A stretch of DNA of 64,000 bases from Clostridia bacterium (lineage in GTDB: Bacteria; Bacillota; Clostridia; Oscillospirales; CAG-272), in the NCBI GenBank assembly GCA_017456005.1, contig JAFTLJ010000065.1, positions 3,962 through 67,961 on the forward strand. The letters are read 5' to 3'. Under the pieces are notes generated by a model. It saw nothing but the letters and a program-made list of their open reading frames with translations. It had not been told where the DNA came from and searched no databases. The number at the start of each line of letters is the position of its first letter. Position 1 is the first letter of the stretch. The position numbers and the translations under genes are program-made. Positions 60,317-64,000 of the stretch are shown piece after piece.

Positions 60317-61069
60317 TTACCTACTGGCAATTATTTTCTTCGCTTCTTGGTATTCCGGAAAAGTAGTAACAAGCCATTTACAATACGCAGAAAATGGTTG
60401 ATCTGTTCTCAACATAGAATCTATGATCTCAATTGAGTTGCTTAATTTTGTTATTCTAACTCGTCGCTTTTGCTGCGTATCTGCTTCCTCAATCCACTCA
60501 AATTTATTTTTCAGTTCATCCATATACTCTGTAACACTTATTAGCAATTCAGCTCGAGCATTGTATAATCTATTACAGTTCAAATTACATACTGTAATCG
60601 TGTTATCTGCTTTTTTCTCCTGTCCAGAACCTTGAAGCGGAACTATACGCAAAGAATCGTATGTAAGAAGCATTTCTGGGTCTTCTTTTGCTGGGTTAAT
60701 AATCGGTGACGTCCGCGTATCATGATCCGACTTAGCTTCGTTACATTTTCGACATGATGGTAGCAAATTATCCCACTCAAAAGCTAAATCCGGATAAATT
60801 GATTTAGGTTCAAAATGCTCAACTTCAATATTGCTAGTTTCTCCAGGCTTACATTCACAAAAAGCACATTTGTGATGATTACAGGCAAACAACAATTCTT
60901 GAATATCCTTGTGTTTATAGTGAGATAAAAGACTTTTCTTTTCTGCTTCTGGAATTTTTTTATAGCTGCCATACAAAGCTACAGCATCTAACAAAGCTTT
61001 TGTCCATATAGCTTGATTATCACTTAAAACTTGAGGAGCATCGGGCTTTTCAAATTTAGTCATTTTCAT
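60317..61069 (-). CDS. ptuB: HNH endonuclease, PtuB-like (Septu)
   Basis: 250 aa: 'HKCAFCECKP...IEVEHFEPKS...WDNLLPSCRKCNEAKSDH'. Overlaps the ATPase gene by 14 nt. Confidence 0.8.
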   Translation of the reverse strand: MKMTKFEKPDAPQVLSDNQAIWTKALLDAVALYGSYKKIPEAEKKSLLSHYKHKDIQELLFACNHHKCAFCECKPGETSNIEVEHFEPKSIYPDLAFEWDNLLPSCRKCNEAKSDHDTRTSPIINPAKEDPEMLLTYDSLRIVPLQGSGQEKKADNTITVCNLNCNRLYNARAELLISVTEYMDELKNKFEWIEEADTQQKRRVRITKLSNSIEIIDSMLRTDQPFSAYCKWLVTTFPEYQEAKKIIASR

Positions 61070-62306
61070 CCCCCAGTTCCAATTGTGCTAATTTGATCTT
61101 AAGAATATGGATTATTGTATTGGATGGATGAGCAATTTTCTCTAATTGACTGATAGCTTCTTTTAACGCATCAACATTACGTTGCTCCACATAATCCATA
61201 GCATGGTTTAATAAAACAGAATATTCTTTATTTGCAAGGTTTGTAACACCCATTATTTCTTCTAAAATCTCATCTGTTTTCCAACCTGCAAAGCACTGTT
61301 CTGTTGGCTGTACACAAATTTTTCTGCTTAATTTTGGAAGAACAATAAGTTCACCAGCTTCAGCACTTGCAATCAAATGCGGGGAATGTGTTGTGATAAT
61401 AAATTGAATATTGGGGAAAATCGTCGCCAAAGATTTGCGAATTGTCAATTGCCACTCTGGATGTAAATGAACATCAAGTTCATCAATTATCACCGTACCT
61501 GTAGCATTTGGGATATATGTATTCTCTTCTTCGTTTGTTCCCTCTATCCATTCTACAATAGCAAATACCAGTGACAATATAGCTTGGAACCCTGCAGATG
61601 TTTCTTCCAAATAGCAATCAATTCCTTGTAAAGTAAACATTGGCTCTAAATCTCGCTTGATATTCTTAAATTCAAGTTTGCAGTTTTCTGGACCAAGATT
61701 ATTTAGATTTTCAATAATCCATTCCCAGTTTCTTTTATAAACAGCTGCCCAATCTTTTTCTATCTCAAAATATCTATTGATCATCCATTGCTTAACATTA
61801 GGGAGAGTACCTCCTTCAATATTGCCAACACCGGAAGAATGGTATTTTTTACGTTGCTCACCCACGCTTGGCTCTCTATGCATACCCTCCATTTTCTGAT
61901 ATTCGATTCTACGATATGCGCCCAATATCAAAGGAGTAATATTAATATTATCTGCTTCGAGTTTATTTACAGTGTATGATATTATTCCATCTTGTTGCGG
62001 TGGTTTTTTCCAAGATTGATGAACAGCTTGTCTATATTCCTCCGCATTAGAAACCCATCCTTCTCCTAACCCTATTCTATATTTTTGTTCGTCATAAACT
62101 GCATCAAACCAAACAGCAGAATTTTCTTTATATCTAAATCCTTTGGAGTTGCTCGGAGCTAACGCCAAAGCAATGCACTTTAATATAGAGGTTTTTCCAC
62201 AGCCGTTTGGACCAACAATAAAATTAAATCGTTTGTTAAAGCTAATATCTAACTGTTCAAAAACACCAGTATTTTGCGCATGTAAATGAGTAATGTAATT
62301 GTTCAT
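61056..62306 (-). CDS. ptuA: AAA_15/ABC-type ATPase, PtuA-like (Septu)
   Basis: 416 aa: Walker A 'GPNGCGKTS', Walker B 'VIIDELDVHLHPEWQ', 'ITTHSPHL'. Confidence 0.8.
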   Translation of the reverse strand: MNNYITHLHAQNTGVFEQLDISFNKRFNFIVGPNGCGKTSILKCIALALAPSNSKGFRYKENSAVWFDAVYDEQKYRIGLGEGWVSNAEEYRQAVHQSWKKPPQQDGIISYTVNKLEADNINITPLILGAYRRIEYQKMEGMHREPSVGEQRKKYHSSGVGNIEGGTLPNVKQWMINRYFEIEKDWAAVYKRNWEWIIENLNNLGPENCKLEFKNIKRDLEPMFTLQGIDCYLEETSAGFQAILSLVFAIVEWIEGTNEEENTYIPNATGTVIIDELDVHLHPEWQLTIRKSLATIFPNIQFIITTHSPHLIASAEAGELIVLPKLSRKICVQPTEQCFAGWKTDEILEEIMGVTNLANKEYSVLLNHAMDYVEQRNVDALKEAISQLEKIAHPSNTIIHILKIKLAQLELGDEND

Positions 62307-62469
62307 TATTGTTCCACCTCTCTTGATAATTCTTTTGTTTATTTTATTATACCATAAAATTCCCTATGGTTCTACTACAATATTGTAAATATATTTCTAA
62401 ATAAAACGATTTATAAAAGATCTTGTGTTATACTATTGCTTCACTATTTTAATTACAAGGAGAAGCAAT

Positions 62470-63603
62470 ATGAAAAAACAAGAGAAATTAAAAGCTACTG
62501 TTTTGAAGCTTTATCATTCTGGCACAAAAGTTAAAGATATCGTTACACAAACCGGTGTACCGCGAAGTACCGTTTACTATTGGATAAAAAACGGAATAAA
62601 AAAAGAAGCTCCAGCTTTAAATTTGAGAGATTATCACTTTTTAAAACAAAAGTGCGAACGGCAAGAAAAGATAATAATGATATTAAGAAGAGCTCCCTGC
62701 ACTGTCTCGGCCCCACTTCAAGAAAAATTATTGGCGATTGAGCGCATGGTAAGCGAAGAATATAACGTTAATATATTGTGCGAAGCTTTCGAAGTAGCTA
62801 AAGGTACATATTACAATCACACCTTAAGAAACAGGCGCGGCGAAACCCAAAACGCCAAGCGACTACGCGAGTTATTCCCTATTATTGAAGAAATATATCA
62901 CGAAAGCAATCAAATTTATGGTGCAGGAAAAATTGCAGCTATTATGCGTTCACGAGGTATCCCCACATCCTCAGGAACTGTTGCGAAAATCATGCACGAA
63001 CATAATCTGTTCAGCATCCGTGGCGGCGCAAAAGCCTTGTATTACAGAAATAAAGAACGAAAAGAAAATATCATTAAACAAAATTTCACAGTGACAGCGC
63101 CAAATGAAGTTTGGGTATGCGATATCACATATTTCCGTGTAAACGATAGAACGTATTATCTCTGCGCTATTCTTGATTTATATGCAAGAAAAATTGTTGC
63201 ATGGAAAATATCTCAACGAAATAGCACACACCTTACAAAAAGAACACTAAAATCCGCAGTTATAGACAGAAGCCCTTTACCGGGACTTATTTTTCATTCA
63301 GATAACGGCACAAATTTTACTTCCAATGCTTTTACGGCATATACCAAAAAATGCGGTATCATTCAATCATTTTCCCGCACATATAATCCCTATGATAATT
63401 CGGTTTGCGAATCATTCTTCAAAAATTTTAAGCAAGAAGAGATATACCGCAAAGATTATCATTCCGAAAAAGAAATGATACGATCAATAGCAAGGTATAT
63501 GGACTTCTACAACAATGAACGCCCCCACACAGTAATCGGATACCAAACGCCTAACAAATATGAATCAGATTACTGTAAAAGAAAAGCTGTCCAAAAATCT
63601 TGA
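62470..63603 (+). mobile_element. IS3-family transposase (single fused ORF). Element ends not determined
   Basis: N-terminal HTH 'VKDIVTQTGVPRSTVYYWIKNG'. rve/DDE 'VWVCDITY', 'IFHSDNGTNF', 'YNNERPH'. GGAG SD before ATG 62470. Confidence 0.85.
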
Positions 63604-63735
63604 ACAGCTTGGTTTATAAAAATGAGATTGTTTTTAATTAATATCCTGATTTGAGCAAATAACGAAAATGTTTATTGGACAAATCTCAAAGCATAAGTCA
63701 TCAAAAACACTTAATATATAAGGATTTTTCAATAC

Positions 63736-63785
63736 AAAAAGACCTTGTAATTAAACCGCAATGGTTCAGATTACAAGGTCTTTTC
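63736..63785 (+). terminator. Hairpin terminator-like element
   Basis: GACCTTGTAAT (63741-63751) / ATTACAAGGTC (63770-63780), then TTTT. Confidence 0.55.
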
Positions 63786-64000
63786 ACAATTTCGAACCTT
63801 GAACTAAAAGATGTTAGTACTCATTTTAATTTCATTGTCTTCAATCCGAGGTGTTTTATTGAATACTCATACTTATATTTTTTGCCAAAGGAGAAGTTCT
63901 ATCTACATTCGCTCCCGCTAATAATCGTTGATTAATAATATACTAAATCAAATAAATATTCAAGTACTATCTTTAAAATTTTGCAAAAATAATCACATTA

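Noticed and set aside
62425-63660. IS3 -1 frameshift site and terminal inverted repeats
   Set aside because: An A7G run exists near 62595, but the transposase is encoded as one continuous frame, so no frameshift is needed. I could not find convincing terminal inverted repeats or target duplications by eye, so the element boundaries are left undefined.

Overview
This 64-kb chromosomal window looks like it comes from a spore-forming, moderately GC-rich Clostridia-type anaerobe. That call rests on gene content: ytfJ/ytfI, dacB-like, scpAB, Re-citrate-synthase TCA branch and a glycyl-radical microcompartment. No rRNA, tRNA or CRISPR array was seen.

**Layout**
- 0.2-6.6 kb (+): housekeeping genes. 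Sfp-type PPTase, azlCD, two M16 peptidases, lgt, folD.
- 7-10.8 kb: small Cys-rich DUF3795 gene, GH78 rhamnosidase, DUF1653, YfcE-like phosphoesterase.
- 10.8-13.2 kb: a cobalamin-riboswitch leader in front of a DUF4430 lipoprotein and a membrane-anchored alpha/alpha-toroid protein.
- 13.2-34.3 kb (mostly -): XRE-TPR regulator, ddh, a sigma factor with polytopic membrane proteins, a CN-hydrolase::GDPD fusion, prfB, rluB, a DD-carboxypeptidase, ytfJ/ytfI, scpBA, an M50 protease, engB, lon.
- 35.0-49.5 kb (-): a complete GRM5-like glycyl-radical-enzyme bacterial microcompartment (BMC) operon. It holds an RpiR regulator, class II aldolase, acylating AldDH, Zn-ADH, four BMC-H, PduL, BMC-P, PduS-like, BMC-T, GRE, activase, PduU and PduV.
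- 49.9-55.1 kb (+): Re-citrate synthase, GntR, aconitase, IDH.
- 55.1-64 kb: a visibly AT-richer mosaic accessory region. It carries XRE regulators, small membrane proteins, GH43, a Septu-like PtuA/PtuB defence pair and an IS3-family transposase.

**Most interesting observations**
1. The BMC operon ends, beyond PduV, in a translationally coupled ParA/MinD-type ATPase plus a 66-aa low-complexity protein. This is a candidate McdAB-like metabolosome-positioning module.
2. A 350-bp inverted-repeat-bounded structured element lies just downstream of that operon.
3. About 90-nt direct repeats bracket the activase gene.
4. The B12-riboswitch operon resembles a split transcobalamin.

All functional calls come from motif and family recognition by eye. 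No database search was run.
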